A DNA stretch of 64,000 nt from an uncultured Gammaproteobacteria bacterium. Its GTDB lineage: Bacteria; Pseudomonadota; Gammaproteobacteria; UBA9214. Shown in pieces: positions 24,844 to 35,708 of the stretch. The stretch spans positions 128,001 through 192,000 of the forward strand of contig CAVYZN010000014.1 in the NCBI GenBank assembly GCA_963773065.1, in the 5' to 3' direction. The position numbers and the translations under genes were made by a program. The notes below the pieces were generated by a model that searched no databases, was not told the origin of the DNA, and worked only from the letters and a program-made list of their open reading frames with translations. The first letter of the stretch is position 1. Each line of letters begins with the position of its first letter.

Positions 24844-26051
24844 CTTGACCTTTCACAGGTCAACTTTGTCACACTGGAAAAATACAACCAAATAACCAAG
24901 GGTAGAGCTCAGAGGAACGATCTGCTTCTCACAACTCGGGGTTCCAATACTGGCAAAGCTGCATTGTTTAACTGCGAGCATGAAACAGCCCTAATCAACG
25001 CCCAGATGCTGATTCTACGTGCGAATCCAACCAATATCTGCCCTACGTTCTTGTTCTATCAATTTAGAACCGACGATTTTCAACGGACATTGAAGGCGTA
25101 TTCGTCAGGATCTGCACAACCTCAGCTCCCGATCAAATCGCTCAAACACATCGATATTGTTCTTCCTCCTGTTGAGGAACTACGCGCCATCGCCGACATC
25201 CTCGGCACACTGGACGACAAGATCGAACTGAACCGGCGGATGAACGAGACGCTGGAGGCGATGGCGCGGGCGCTCTTCAAGTCGTGGTTCGTGGACTTCG
25301 ACCCCGTCCGCGCCAAGGCCGGAGGCCGCGAAACTGGCCTGCCAAAATCCCTCCCCGACCTGTTTCCGGATTCCTTCGAGGACTCGGAGTTGGGGGAGAT
25401 TCCGAAGAGGTGGATAATCAAGCCCATCGGCGACCTAGCGGATGTTGTGGGTGGGACGACGCCGAGTACTAAAGAGCTGTCCTACTGGGAGGGTGGACGC
25501 ACGCATGGGCTACACCTAAAGACCTGTCAGCACTTTCAGTTCCCGTCCTTCTCGCTACTGAACGGCGGATCAACAACACGGTGCTGTCGCAGATCGGTTC
25601 CGGATTGCTGCCGACGGGAACCGTCCTTCTGTCGTCGAGAGCCCCAATCGGCTACTTGGCCATCGCAGAAATTCCGGTTGCGATCAATCAGGGATTCATC
25701 GCGATGACGCCTAAGGCAGAAACGTCAAATTTCTTTTTGCTTCTCTGGGCCAGAGCAGCGCATGACGAGATTGTCAGCCGCGCGAACGGCTCGACCTTCC
25801 TTAAGATTAGCAAGACGAACTTCCGTCCGATTCCGGTCGTCACGTCGTCACCCGACGTGATGCATAAGTTTGGCCAGTTGGCGCGACCACTCTACGACGG
25901 CGTCGTCGAGTCCGCGCGCGAATCCCGCACACTCGCCACCCTGCGCGACACACTGCTGCCCAAGCTCATCTCCGGCGAGCTGCGGATAGGGGATGCCCAA
26001 CGTTATGTCGCGAACGTACAATGATGACAGTTAAAGAACGAGGGCCACACA

Positions 26052-27281
26052 ATGACCAAAGACAGCTACGGGCATAAGGCGCGCATAGAGTATTTGCGGG
26101 TCGAAAATTACCGCGCCCTCAAACATGTGGAGTTCAAGAACATAACGCCCATGACGGCCTTGCTGGGGCCTAATGGCAGTGGCAAGTCCACCGTTTTTGA
26201 TGTCTTTGCCTTTTTATCGGAATGCTTCGAATCCGGACTGCGCCGCGCCTGGGACCGTCGAGGGCGCGCCAAGGAGTTGAAGACCCGGGGCGGCGATGGG
26301 TCGGTTGTGATTGAGATCAAGTACAAGGAACCCAAGTTCCCTGTCATCACTTATCACCTCGCAGTGGATGAGCGCAAAGGCTCGCCGGTGGTCATCGAGG
26401 AATGGCTGCAATGGAAACGTCGCAGTCATGGCAGGCCGTTCAAGTTTCTCGATTACCGGGAGGGGAACGGTCGGGCCATTAGCGGCGCCTTGCCGGATGA
26501 GCAGGATACCCGTTCGGAGATTCCGCTGAAATCACCAGACCTGATTGCCGTGAATGCCCTGGGGCAGTTTGCGGACCACCCGCGGGTGGCGGCCCTGCGT
26601 GACTTCATCACTGGCTGGTACGTTTCCTACTTCTCCGTCGATGAAACACGTGGGCAGCCGGAGGCAGGACCGCAGGAACGGCTGTCCCGCACGGGGGATA
26701 ACGTCGCAAACGTGATTCAATATCTGGCTGAGCAGCATCCGAGTCGACTGGAGCATATTTTCAATGTGCTGCGCGCAAGAGTCCCCCGTGTCGAACGCGT
26801 ATTTGCCGAGGCCATGCCCAACGGGCGCTTGCTGTTGCAGATCAAGGACGCGCCATTCGATAACCCCGTGCTGGCAAAGTTTGCATCTGACGGCACACTT
26901 AAGATGCTTGCCTACCTTGTGCTGTTATATGACCCTTCGCCGCCGCCGTTTATCGGAATTGAAGAGCCGGAAAACTTCCTTCATCCACGCCTTCTCCAGG
27001 AACTGGCGGAAGAGTGCCGCACCGCGTCGGAGCGCTCGCAGTTGCTGGTTACTACACACTCGCCGTTTTTCGTGAATGCGTTGGCTGCGGAAGAGGTGCG
27101 CGTGCTTTACCGCGACGAACAAGGTTACACACTGGCTGTTCGTGCAGCCGATATTCAGGGCGTATCCGAATTCATTGATGCAGGCGCTTCTCTCGGTCAT
27201 CTCTGGATGGAAGGCCGATTCGGCGTAGGCGATCCACTTGTGCGCTCTGGCGCCCCGGCAAAACAGGGGAAGGCCAAATGA
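26052..27281 (+). CDS. ABC-type (AAA_21-like) ATPase
   Basis: [21 protein letters not shown] and TTHSP. Confidence 0.9.
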   Translation: MTKDSYGHKARIEYLRVENYRALKHVEFKNITPMTALLGPNGSGKSTVFDVFAFLSECFESGLRRAWDRRGRAKELKTRGGDGSVVIEIKYKEPKFPVITYHLAVDERKGSPVVIEEWLQWKRRSHGRPFKFLDYREGNGRAISGALPDEQDTRSEIPLKSPDLIAVNALGQFADHPRVAALRDFITGWYVSYFSVDETRGQPEAGPQERLSRTGDNVANVIQYLAEQHPSRLEHIFNVLRARVPRVERVFAEAMPNGRLLLQIKDAPFDNPVLAKFASDGTLKMLAYLVLLYDPSPPPFIGIEEPENFLHPRLLQELAEECRTASERSQLLVTTHSPFFVNALAAEEVRVLYRDEQGYTLAVRAADIQGVSEFIDAGASLGHLWMEGRFGVGDPLVRSGAPAKQGKAK

Positions 27282-27913
27282 CGGTTGAGCATGTCGAACT
27301 GCTCGTAGAAGAGCCCTCCATGGAAGCTGCGCTTCGGCTGCTGCTACCCAAGATGCTCGGCGATTTGTCCTTCGAAATATATCCGCATCAATGCAAGGAT
27401 GAACTGCTGCTCCGGCTGCTGCAACGACTTCGTGGCTACGCCCAGCGCCGCGAGAGCGATGTCTGGTTCCGGGACCATTGCCGTATCGTCGTCGTGGTAG
27501 ATCGCGATGATGACGATTGTGTAAAGTTTAAACGGGGCTTGGAGAAGACCGCCACTGACGCTGGTTTGACGACGCGATCAAGCACGAGAGGCCGTCCCTA
27601 CATTGTTGCCAACCGCATTGCGATCGAAGAACTTGAGGCCTGGTATTTCGGTGACTGGGAGGCAGTTCGGTCCGCCTACCCGAAGGTATCCGCGACAATT
27701 CAAAAACAGGCAAAATACCGGGAGCCGGATGAAATTGTGGGTGGTACCTGGGAGGCGTTCGAGCGAGTCCTACAGAAGGCGGGTTACTACCGTAGTGGTC
27801 TGCGCAAAGTTGAGGCGGCACGCGCAATTGCGGCATATATGGAGCCGTCGCGCAATATCTCTCTGAGTTTTTGCACGTTTCGAGACGTCCTTATGGAGAT
27901 GGCGGGGACATGA
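27278..27913 (+). CDS. DUF4276-like (TOPRIM-type) protein
   Basis: [17 protein letters not shown] and [11 protein letters not shown]; ATGA-coupled to the ATPase. Confidence 0.8.
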   Translation: MTVEHVELLVEEPSMEAALRLLLPKMLGDLSFEIYPHQCKDELLLRLLQRLRGYAQRRESDVWFRDHCRIVVVVDRDDDDCVKFKRGLEKTATDAGLTTRSSTRGRPYIVANRIAIEELEAWYFGDWEAVRSAYPKVSATIQKQAKYREPDEIVGGTWEAFERVLQKAGYYRSGLRKVEAARAIAAYMEPSRNISLSFCTFRDVLMEMAGT

Positions 27914-28006
27914 AGGAAGTGCATGTTGAGCAGCCGCATGGTTGTTTCAGGCTCAGTCCGTAAGGTTCTGATGAGCGGGTTTGCCGGGTTGCCGATGCGC
28001 GATGTC

Positions 28007-28036
28007 ATGAGTAATATTACTCATCATCTTGAGTAA
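28007..28036. promoter_or_regulatory. Triple TGAGTAA half-site operator-like element
   Basis: Perfect palindrome ATGAGTAATATTACTCAT (28007-28024) plus a third TGAGTAA (28030-28036), just upstream of the AAA gene. Confidence 0.55.
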
Positions 28037-28043
28037 TTAGTAA

Positions 28044-29231
28044 GTGACATATCGACGGCCCCAATTCGAGATTCTTGCCCGGCGTCTGGCGGAGCCGCGC
28101 CGCTTCATTCAGGCGGTGGCGGGGCCGCGACAGGTGGGGAAGACGACACTGGTGCAGCAGGTCGTCGAGGCGGGGAGTATGCCCGTGCAGTTTGCCAGCG
28201 CCGATGAACCGACCCTGCGCGGCGCGGAGTGGATTGCCCAGCAGTGGGAGGCGGCGCGGCTGATGGCCGGGGCGCGCGGCGCGGTGCTGGTGCTCGACGA
28301 GGCGCAGAAGGTGTCTGGCTGGTCGGAGACGGTGAAGCGGCTCTGGGACGAGGACACCCGCAAGCGCAGGCCAATCAAGGTGGTGGTGCTGGGCTCGGCG
28401 CCGTTGCTGATTCAGCGCGGTCTGTCCGAAAGTCTCGCCGGGCGCTTTGAGGTGTTGTATCTGCCGCACTGGTCGGCGCAAGAGATGCGCGCGGCGTTTG
28501 ACTGGACAGTGGAGCAGAGTATTTTCTACGGTGGTTATCCGGGTGCGGCGCCGCTGGCGGGTGAGCGTGCGCGCTGGGTGCGTTATGTGCGCGATGCCTT
28601 GATCGAGACCACGCTCGCGCGCGACGTGCTGCTGCTCACTCGCGTGGACAAGCCGGCGCTGCTGCGCCGGTTGTTCGATCTGGGTTGCCGTTATTCCGGG
28701 CAAATCCTTTCCTATACCAAGATGGTCGGCCAGCTTCAGGACGCAGGCAACACCACCACGCTGGCGCATTATCTCGATCTTCTGAGCGGTGCGGGGATGC
28801 TGGTCGGGCTGCCCAAGTTCGCGGGCGCGGCGGTGCGCAGTCGGGCGTCGAGCCCGAAGCTGCAGGTGCTTGATACCGCGCTGTTTTCCGCGCAGTCTGG
28901 GTATACCTTCGAGGAGGCGCGGGCCGACCCCGAGTTCTGGGGGCGTCTGGTGGAGTCGGCGGTCGGAGCGCATCTCGCCAATGCCGCCGCTGCGGGGGCG
29001 TGTGAGTTGTTCTACTGGCTCGACCGCAACCGCGAGGTTGACTTCGTGGTCCGCGCCGGACGGCGATTGACCGCCATCGAGGTCAAGAGCGGGCGCGCCA
29101 CCGACACATTACCGGGGATGGAGGCATTCGCCGCTGCGTTCAAACCGCAACGCATGCTGCTCGTGGGCGGTAACGGCATTCCCGTGGACGTGTTTCTGTC
29201 CCGGCCCGTGGAGCATTGGATAGGCCCATGA
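28044..29231 (+). CDS. AAA_14 ATPase with DUF4143 / PD-(D/E)xK-like C-terminus
   Basis: [27 protein letters not shown] and EVDFVV...AIEVKSG. Confidence 0.9.
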   Translation: MTYRRPQFEILARRLAEPRRFIQAVAGPRQVGKTTLVQQVVEAGSMPVQFASADEPTLRGAEWIAQQWEAARLMAGARGAVLVLDEAQKVSGWSETVKRLWDEDTRKRRPIKVVVLGSAPLLIQRGLSESLAGRFEVLYLPHWSAQEMRAAFDWTVEQSIFYGGYPGAAPLAGERARWVRYVRDALIETTLARDVLLLTRVDKPALLRRLFDLGCRYSGQILSYTKMVGQLQDAGNTTTLAHYLDLLSGAGMLVGLPKFAGAAVRSRASSPKLQVLDTALFSAQSGYTFEEARADPEFWGRLVESAVGAHLANAAAAGACELFYWLDRNREVDFVVRAGRRLTAIEVKSGRATDTLPGMEAFAAAFKPQRMLLVGGNGIPVDVFLSRPVEHWIGP

Positions 29232-30000
29232 GTGCGTTCACCGAATCCGTCGTCGAAGACGCCGCTCTCGCCTGGGTGGAGTCACTCGGTTACGCCGTGC
29301 TGCATGGACCCGACATTGCGGCCGGGGAACTTGGCGCGGAGCGCAGTGACCCGAACTATCGCGACGTGGTGCTCGAAGGTCGCTTGCGCCAGGCGCTCGT
29401 GCGTCTCAACCCCGACCTACCCGCCGAAGCGCTGGATGATGCCTTCCGCAGGCTGACGCGCAGCGATGCGCCGACGCTGCTGGAGCGCAACCGCGCGGTG
29501 CACCGAATGCTGGTGGATGGTGTGACGGTGGAATACCGCCGAGAGGATGGTTCGATCGCCGGCGCGCAGGCGAGGGTGATCGATTTCGAATCGCCCGAAA
29601 ATAACGACTGGCTAGCCGTCAACCAGTTCACCGTGGCCGACGGCCAGCACACGCGCCGGCCGGACGTGGTGTTGTTCGTCAACGGCCTGCCGCTGGCGGT
29701 AATCGAACTGAAGAACCCGGCCGACGAGAACGCCACCGTCTGGAGTGCCTGGCAGCAGCTTCAGACCTACCAGGCGCAGATTCCCGCGCTCTTCGCCACC
29801 AACGCGGCGCTGGTGGTTTCCGATGGCGTGCAGGCGCGCATCGGCGCGCTCGGTGCGGGCAGGGAATGGTTCAAGCCCTGGCGCACGATCACCGGGCGCG
29901 AGGATGCCGCTTCGAACCTGGCGGAGTTGCAGGTGGTGCTGGAAGGCGTGTTCGATAAGTGCCGCTTTCTCGACCTGGTGCGCTACTTCATCGTGTTTGA

Positions 30001-30048
30001 CGACTCCAGGGATGGAGGAGGTAGAGAAACGCAGGGAGCAGTTGCCGA
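30001..30048 (+). repeat. 48-bp in-frame twin-AGGGA element in hsdR
   Basis: tttGA|cgactccagggatggaggaggtagagaaacgcagggagcagttgccGA|ggat adds 16 codons to IVFEDEGG. Confidence 0.8.
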
Positions 30049-30232
30049 GGATGAGGGCGGCGGCAAGCTCATCAAGAAGATGGCGGGTTACCATCAGTTC
30101 CATGCAGTCAACGTGGCGGTGGAGGAGACGCTGCGCGCGGCGCAGCGCGACTGGATGGGCGATTCCTCGGGCACGTTTTTCGCCCAGAGACAGACGGGTG
30201 GTGAGAGGGGCGACCGGCGCGTCGGCGTGGTG

Positions 30233-30264
<32 letters not shown>

Positions 30265-30501
30265 ATGGCCTTCTACGCCGGCCGCGTGATCCTGCATCCG
30301 AAAATGGAAAACCCGACGCTGGTCGTACTCACCGACCGCAACGATCTCGACGATCAGCTCTTCGCCACTTTCGCCCGCTGCCGCGACCTGTTGCGCCAGC
30401 CGCCGGTGCAGGCGGCGGACCGCGCCGACCTTCGGGAGAAGCTGAAGGTGGCCTCGGGTGGCGTGGTGTTCACCACGATCCAGAAGTTCTTCCCGGAGTT
30501 G

Positions 30502-30582
30502 CCCTCACCCAACCCTCGGCAACTGCTCCCTGTGTTGCGCTACCTCCTGCATCCAGCCGTCGTCTCCCGCAAGCGGGAGAGG
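30502..30582. repeat. ccctcacc..ccctctcccgcaagcgggagagg palindrome with a nested inverted copy of the 30001 element (30516-30564)
   Basis: The reverse complement of 30516-30562, cgacggctggatgcaggaggtagcgcaacacagggagcagttgccga, aligns to 30001-30048; TC is duplicated at the flanks. Confidence 0.8.
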
Positions 30583-31524
30583 TGGAAGAATGGACGTGCT
30601 CTCGGCGTGGATTTCCGGCACGCCGCAGGACCGGCTCTCTCTACTGCCTGCGGCGCTGGAACACATCCTCGCGCAGGACGACGGCAAGCCCAGGCTACTG
30701 CGAGCGGTGACCGAGTTGTCGCAAGCCTTCGCGCTCGCGGTGCCGCACGAGGAGGCGCTGAAGATCCGCGACGACGTGGGATTCTTCCAGGCCGTGCGGG
30801 CGGTGCTCGCCAAGAGCACGCCCGGCGAGCGCAAGACGGACGAAGAGCTGGAGCACGACATCCGGCAGATCATTTCGAAGGCGGTGTGCCTCCGATGAGG
30901 TTGTCGATATTTTCGCCGCCGCCGGACTCAAGAAGCCGGATATCTCCATCCTCTCAGACGAGTTCCTGGCCGAGGTGCGCGGCATGCCGCAGCGTAACCT
31001 CGCCGTGGAGCTACTGCAGAAGCTGCTGAAGGGCGAGATCAAGGCGCGATCCAGCGCAACGTGGTGCAGGCGCGCTCCTTCGCCGAACTGCTGGAGCAGG
31101 CGGTGCGCAAATACCAGAACCGCGCCATCGAGACGGCCCAGGTGATCGAGGAGTTGATCCAGCTCGCGAAAGACATGCGCGCCGCCACCGCGCGTGGCGA
31201 GGCGTTGAACCTCACCGAAGACGAAGTCGCCTTCTACGACGCGCTCGAAACCAACGATAGCGCCGTGAAGGTGCTGGGCGACGACACTCTACGCGATATT
31301 GCTCGCGAACTGGTCAGGACCGTGCGCGCGAATGTCACCATCGACTGGACTCTGCGCGAGAACGTCCGGGCGCAGTTGCGCGTGCTGGTCAAACGCATCC
31401 TGCGCAAATACGGCTATCCGCCGGACAAGCAGGAGAAAGCGACACAGACGGTGCTGGAACAGGCGGCGCTGCTGTCGCAGGAATGGGCTCTGGCGTGAGG
31501 GTGAACCCTGTCGGAAGGTGACCG

Positions 31525-31926
31525 TCAGCGCTGGCAGAACGGCCGGTCATCCGGATTCTCGATGCTGTCCACGATCGCCTCGACCAGTTGATTCAATTCC
31601 TGAACCGAGATGGCGCTCAATACGCGGTTGAGGAGAGCCGGCGGCACGCTGGCATAGACGGTCCGGCCGTTACTCAGTTGGATGGTCAGGGCCGCGGCAT
31701 GCTTCTCGGCGCCCATGCCGGCTTCGACCAGCAAGTGTTCCGACTCCGTCAGCAGCTTTTCATAGAACATTTCGATGGCCTCGGTGGTCTTATCGTCGAG
31801 ATTATCCGGGACGGCGACCAGCAAACCCATCTCATCCTGCCGTTGCTCGAAGGGGATCGCGTGCTGTTCCAGCCAGGCGATGAACTGGTTCAAGGATTGT
31901 TCATGAAAGAGGATATATTCCAGCAT
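31525..31926 (-). CDS. Hypothetical protein
   Basis: 133 aa acidic ORF ending NPDDRPFCQR. Confidence 0.75.
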   Translation of the reverse strand: MLEYILFHEQSLNQFIAWLEQHAIPFEQRQDEMGLLVAVPDNLDDKTTEAIEMFYEKLLTESEHLLVEAGMGAEKHAAALTIQLSNGRTVYASVPPALLNRVLSAISVQELNQLVEAIVDSIENPDDRPFCQR

Positions 31927-32009
31927 GGATCATTCTCAGGTTCTCATTGACACGGCGCCAAGCATAGTGGATATCGGGGTCGAACTGCTATCCTACGCCG
32001 CCGGAATGA

Positions 32010-32084
32010 GTGCCTGCCGGCACATCCGGTGGGTTACGGCACAAACGGCGTGCCTAACCCACGCTACATCGATTATGGAGCCGC
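32010..32084. repeat. REP-like repeat, copy 1 (paired with 57969-58043)
   Basis: gtgggttacggcac...gtgcctaacccac hairpin followed by ctac; about 10 mismatches over 75 bp to copy 2 by manual alignment. Confidence 0.75.
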
Positions 32085-33710
32085 ATGTTGACCGCAATCT
32101 GTCACTGGGTTGACCGCAACATCCTCGAGCTGGGTCGCGAACTGCGCCTGAGCTATTTGCCGCCGCTCATGGTGTATATGGCGGCCGGCATCTCCGGACT
32201 GACGGGCATCGTCGGCACCTTCTTCGTCAAGGACTATCTGGGACTGTCCGCGGAGTTTCTCGCCACCCTCGGCTTCTGGGCGGGTATCCCCTGGTCGTTG
32301 AAGATGCCGCTGGGGCACCTGGTGGACCTCATCTGGCGCTGGAAGGCGGGGCTGGTGTTCCTGGGCGCCGCTCTCATCGCCATGAGTCTCGCGATCATGA
32401 TCGGCCTGATCGGCTATACCGATCTCATGCGCGGGATCATGCCGGTCGAGGCCTGGTTCGTGCTCAGCGCGCTGCTGGCCCCGGTCGGCTATGTCGTTCA
32501 GGACGTGGTCGCGGATGCCATGACGGTCGAGGCCGTGCCGCGCGTGGATGCCGAGGGCAGGGCATATCCCCGCGAGACCCTCAAACTGATGCACACCACC
32601 ATGCAGACCCTCGGGCGCGTGGCGATCATCAGCGGCAGCGTCGCCGTGGCCGCGGTCAACCTGTTCATGTTCAAGGGCGTGGAGACCCTGCCCGAGGCCG
32701 CGAAGGTGCACATCTACCAGAACATCTACGCCTTGGCGCTGGTCATACCGGTCATCTCGGTGCTGGGCGTGGGGCTGGCGGGCGTGCTGCGACTCCGCGA
32801 CGTACGGCGCCTGCGGCGCAAGGGCTACAGCCGGGCGCAGGCCCACGACCTGCTCTCGGTGCACAGCGAGGCGCCGGCCCCGAACTGGTGGATCCTGGGC
32901 GGCAGCCTGGTGTTCGTCGCCTTCACGATAGCGATGGGACTCTCGGACGTGGCCTGGAATCAGGAAATCATCTTCGGGGGGTCCCTCGCGATCATCCTGT
33001 TTCTCATGAACCGTCTGGTCAAGGCGCTGGAGCCGCAGGCCCGCTACGTGCTGGTCGGCACCGCCATCGTCATCTTCGTGTTCCGCGCCGTGCCGACGCC
33101 CGGCGCCGGCTCCACCTGGTGGATGATCGATACGCTGGGCTTCGACCAGCGCTTCCTGTCGGTGCTGTCGCTGATCGGCAGCGCCCTGACGCTGGCGGGC
33201 ATGTTCATCTTCCGCCGCTTCATGGCGGAGAAGTCGATCGCCTACGTGGTCGGTTTTCTGACCGTCGCCGGCACGCTGCTCAGCCTGCCGGTCATCGGCA
33301 TGTACTACGACCTGCACGTATGGACGGCCGCCCACACCGGCGGCATGGTGGATGCGCGCTTCATCGCCCTGGTGGACACGGCGCTCGAGTCGCCGCTCGG
33401 CCAGATCGCCATGATCCCGATGCTCGCCTGGATCGCCAATTCCGCGCCCGCTCACCTCAAGGCCACCTTTTTCGCGGTCATGGCCTCGTTCACCAACCTG
33501 GCGCTCTCACTGGAGCAACTGGGCACCAAGTACCTCAACGAAGTTTTTACCGTGACACGCGAGGTCAGGGATCATGCCACGGGCGCGGTCAGCGTTCCCG
33601 CCGATTACAGCGAGCTGGGCATGCTGCTCATCACGGTCACGGCGCTGACCTTGCTGTTGCCGATGGCGGCCATTCTGTTCGTGAAACTGACCCGTTTCCG
33701 CACGGCCTGA
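32085..33710 (+). CDS. BT1 (folate/biopterin)-like MFS transporter
   Basis: About 12 TMs; PWSLKMPLGHLVD; QDVVADAMTVE; ATFFAVMASFTNL. Confidence 0.8.
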   Translation: MLTAICHWVDRNILELGRELRLSYLPPLMVYMAAGISGLTGIVGTFFVKDYLGLSAEFLATLGFWAGIPWSLKMPLGHLVDLIWRWKAGLVFLGAALIAMSLAIMIGLIGYTDLMRGIMPVEAWFVLSALLAPVGYVVQDVVADAMTVEAVPRVDAEGRAYPRETLKLMHTTMQTLGRVAIISGSVAVAAVNLFMFKGVETLPEAAKVHIYQNIYALALVIPVISVLGVGLAGVLRLRDVRRLRRKGYSRAQAHDLLSVHSEAPAPNWWILGGSLVFVAFTIAMGLSDVAWNQEIIFGGSLAIILFLMNRLVKALEPQARYVLVGTAIVIFVFRAVPTPGAGSTWWMIDTLGFDQRFLSVLSLIGSALTLAGMFIFRRFMAEKSIAYVVGFLTVAGTLLSLPVIGMYYDLHVWTAAHTGGMVDARFIALVDTALESPLGQIAMIPMLAWIANSAPAHLKATFFAVMASFTNLALSLEQLGTKYLNEVFTVTREVRDHATGAVSVPADYSELGMLLITVTALTLLLPMAAILFVKLTRFRTA

Positions 33711-33764
33711 TGATAGTCGAGTCCCGGTGAGGTCGCAGGCCGGCTCAGGCTTTGCTCTCTTGCG

Positions 33765-34259
33765 CTATTTCCTGGAGGCCGTCTGTTCCAGTTTGGCAAC
33801 CAGGTCGCGGAAAATCTCCTCGTTGCGCTTGTTGAGTTCCATCAGGGCGCGATGCGCCTTGAGCAGGGTGCGGGACAGGGTTTCCCTGTCGGCGCCTTCC
33901 GGGGGCAATTCCTCTTCCATCCCGGTTTCCACCGACGCTTGGGAGACGATGTCAAAGACTTCATCGAGGGCCATGCTGGTCAGTACCGCGTTGATCTCGG
34001 GGCGGTCCGATACGATGGTTACCCGGGGAGCGTTGTGTGTTTGCATCCACCTGGCAATCCGAACCAGCAGCCCGAGATTGGTGCTGTCGATGCTGTCGGT
34101 TTCGATCAGATCGATGACAAATCCGGCGGGGGGCGGTCCGGCAAATAACCCTTCCAGGAAATGGTCTATGGAGTGACTCAGGGTGTAGCGGATATCACCG
34201 ACGAAACGCAGCACATGAATCCCGTCGTGATTGGCGTGTAGTACCTTGCCGTTATTCAT
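33765..34259 (-). CDS. STAS anti-anti-sigma factor (RssC-like)
   Basis: LRFVGDIRY, IDSTNLGLL and LKAHRALMELN. Confidence 0.88.
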   Translation of the reverse strand: MNNGKVLHANHDGIHVLRFVGDIRYTLSHSIDHFLEGLFAGPPPAGFVIDLIETDSIDSTNLGLLVRIARWMQTHNAPRVTIVSDRPEINAVLTSMALDEVFDIVSQASVETGMEEELPPEGADRETLSRTLLKAHRALMELNKRNEEIFRDLVAKLEQTASRK

Positions 34260-35442
34260 TATTGCCTTGCCTGGTGATCACCAAGATGGCGATGTCGTCC
34301 GGCAGGTGCTTGTCAGCCAGTATATCCAGGCCCGCGGTCAATTCCTCGAGGTCAAGACCCGCGCCTGCCGTTGACTGCGATAGGAAAGCGCTATAGCGCT
34401 TCTGAAACGTCTCCACCGGCATCAATTCCAGTATCCCGTCGGATACCATCACCAGGTCGAATGCCGCCGGCAGGTCGAGCCGGCGGGCGGTGAATTCCGC
34501 TTCGCCAAACATGCCGACGGGACGCCCACGGTACTCGAGAGTCCGCACCTCGCGCCCATCGTGCAGAAGGGGGTAGGGGAATTGCCCTGCGTTGCTGCAG
34601 ACCAGGGTGTTATCCGCCTGGTTGATTACGCCGTAGAACATGGTGAAGTGTTTGTCGAGGTTCTGACGGTACACATCGCGATTGAGGCGCCGCAGGACCA
34701 GTTGAGGATGCAAAATGGTGGTGTCGCCCGCCCGCCACAACGCCTCGCGGTACTGGATCATGAGGGTATTGAGCATCACGGTCACGAACGCCGAAGCCGC
34801 TCCGTGGCCGGAGACATCCGTCATATAGAAGCCGATATGACGATCGTCGATGGGGAAATAGTCCACGAAGTCGCCGCTGAGATACATGGACGGATACAGA
34901 CGCCGCCTGAAGGCATACTCGCCAAAGCGCTTGTTGTCTTCCGGGAGCAGTTGCAACTGTATACTGCGCCCGGCTTCCTCGTCCTCCTGGAGTTGCTGCA
35001 GGGTGCGGGTCAGTTCCTGGTTGAGCGTTTCCAGATTCTCGCGGTATTCCCGGTTCTGGCGCAGGAGTTCGGCGTGATCCAGGACGCGGCGCACGGCGCT
35101 CTCCAGCACCGCCATGTCGTGGATGGGTTTGGTGATGTAATCCCAGGCGCCGAGTTTCAGCGCCTGGACGGCGTAATTCAGCAGGCTGACGCCGGATACC
35201 ACGATAACCGGGGTTTCCGGCGATTCGGCGGTGATGGTGGACAGGACCTCCAGGCCGTCCATGCCCGGCAAGCGCAGATCGCACAACACCACATCCGGCT
35301 GCTCGCGCCGGAACATCTCGATGCCGGAGGGGCCGTCATTGGCCTCCAGCATGGTAAAGCCACTATCCTCGAGGTAAGCCACTATCCCCTTGCGGATTGG
35401 TGGTTCGTCCTCGATGGTCAGGATTTTCGCTGCTTCGGCCAT
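34252..35442 (-). CDS. Response regulator with PP2C/SpoIIE domain (Pseudomonas RssB-like)
   Basis: REC (IEDE, CDLRLP, KP), then SGDFVDY, DVSGHG, SDG and DDIA. Confidence 0.9.
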   Translation of the reverse strand: MAEAAKILTIEDEPPIRKGIVAYLEDSGFTMLEANDGPSGIEMFRREQPDVVLCDLRLPGMDGLEVLSTITAESPETPVIVVSGVSLLNYAVQALKLGAWDYITKPIHDMAVLESAVRRVLDHAELLRQNREYRENLETLNQELTRTLQQLQEDEEAGRSIQLQLLPEDNKRFGEYAFRRRLYPSMYLSGDFVDYFPIDDRHIGFYMTDVSGHGAASAFVTVMLNTLMIQYREALWRAGDTTILHPQLVLRRLNRDVYRQNLDKHFTMFYGVINQADNTLVCSNAGQFPYPLLHDGREVRTLEYRGRPVGMFGEAEFTARRLDLPAAFDLVMVSDGILELMPVETFQKRYSAFLSQSTAGAGLDLEELTAGLDILADKHLPDDIAILVITRQGNNE

Positions 35443-35708
35443 GGTTATGCCCGATGATATCTTTGGTAAAGTTTGCTCGATTCACACCGTGTTTATCCCG
35501 CGTTCCTGGCAGGTTCCCCCGGAATCTGTCATGGCGACAAGGGGTAACGGCGGAGAGTATCCGGAATTGCAGTGAAAACAACCCACTGGATTCTGGCTCT
35601 GGCTCGGCTCCCCCTCGCGCCGAAGATCGAGCGGAATGGCGAATCAACCAGGGACTCCTGTGAGTATAGGCAAGTATACCCGTCATGCCCTGCGGGTGGA
35701 TATGCCTA

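Larger units (their letters stand above)
23561..26024 (+). pseudogene. hsdS: Type I R-M specificity subunit interrupted by IS30 (plus an indel near 25500)
   Basis: Removing the IS restores in-frame ...EFRL|DLSQVNF...; SGSAQPQL; IADILGTLDDKIELNRRMNETLEAMARALFKSWFVDF; [15 protein letters not shown]. Confidence 0.92.
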
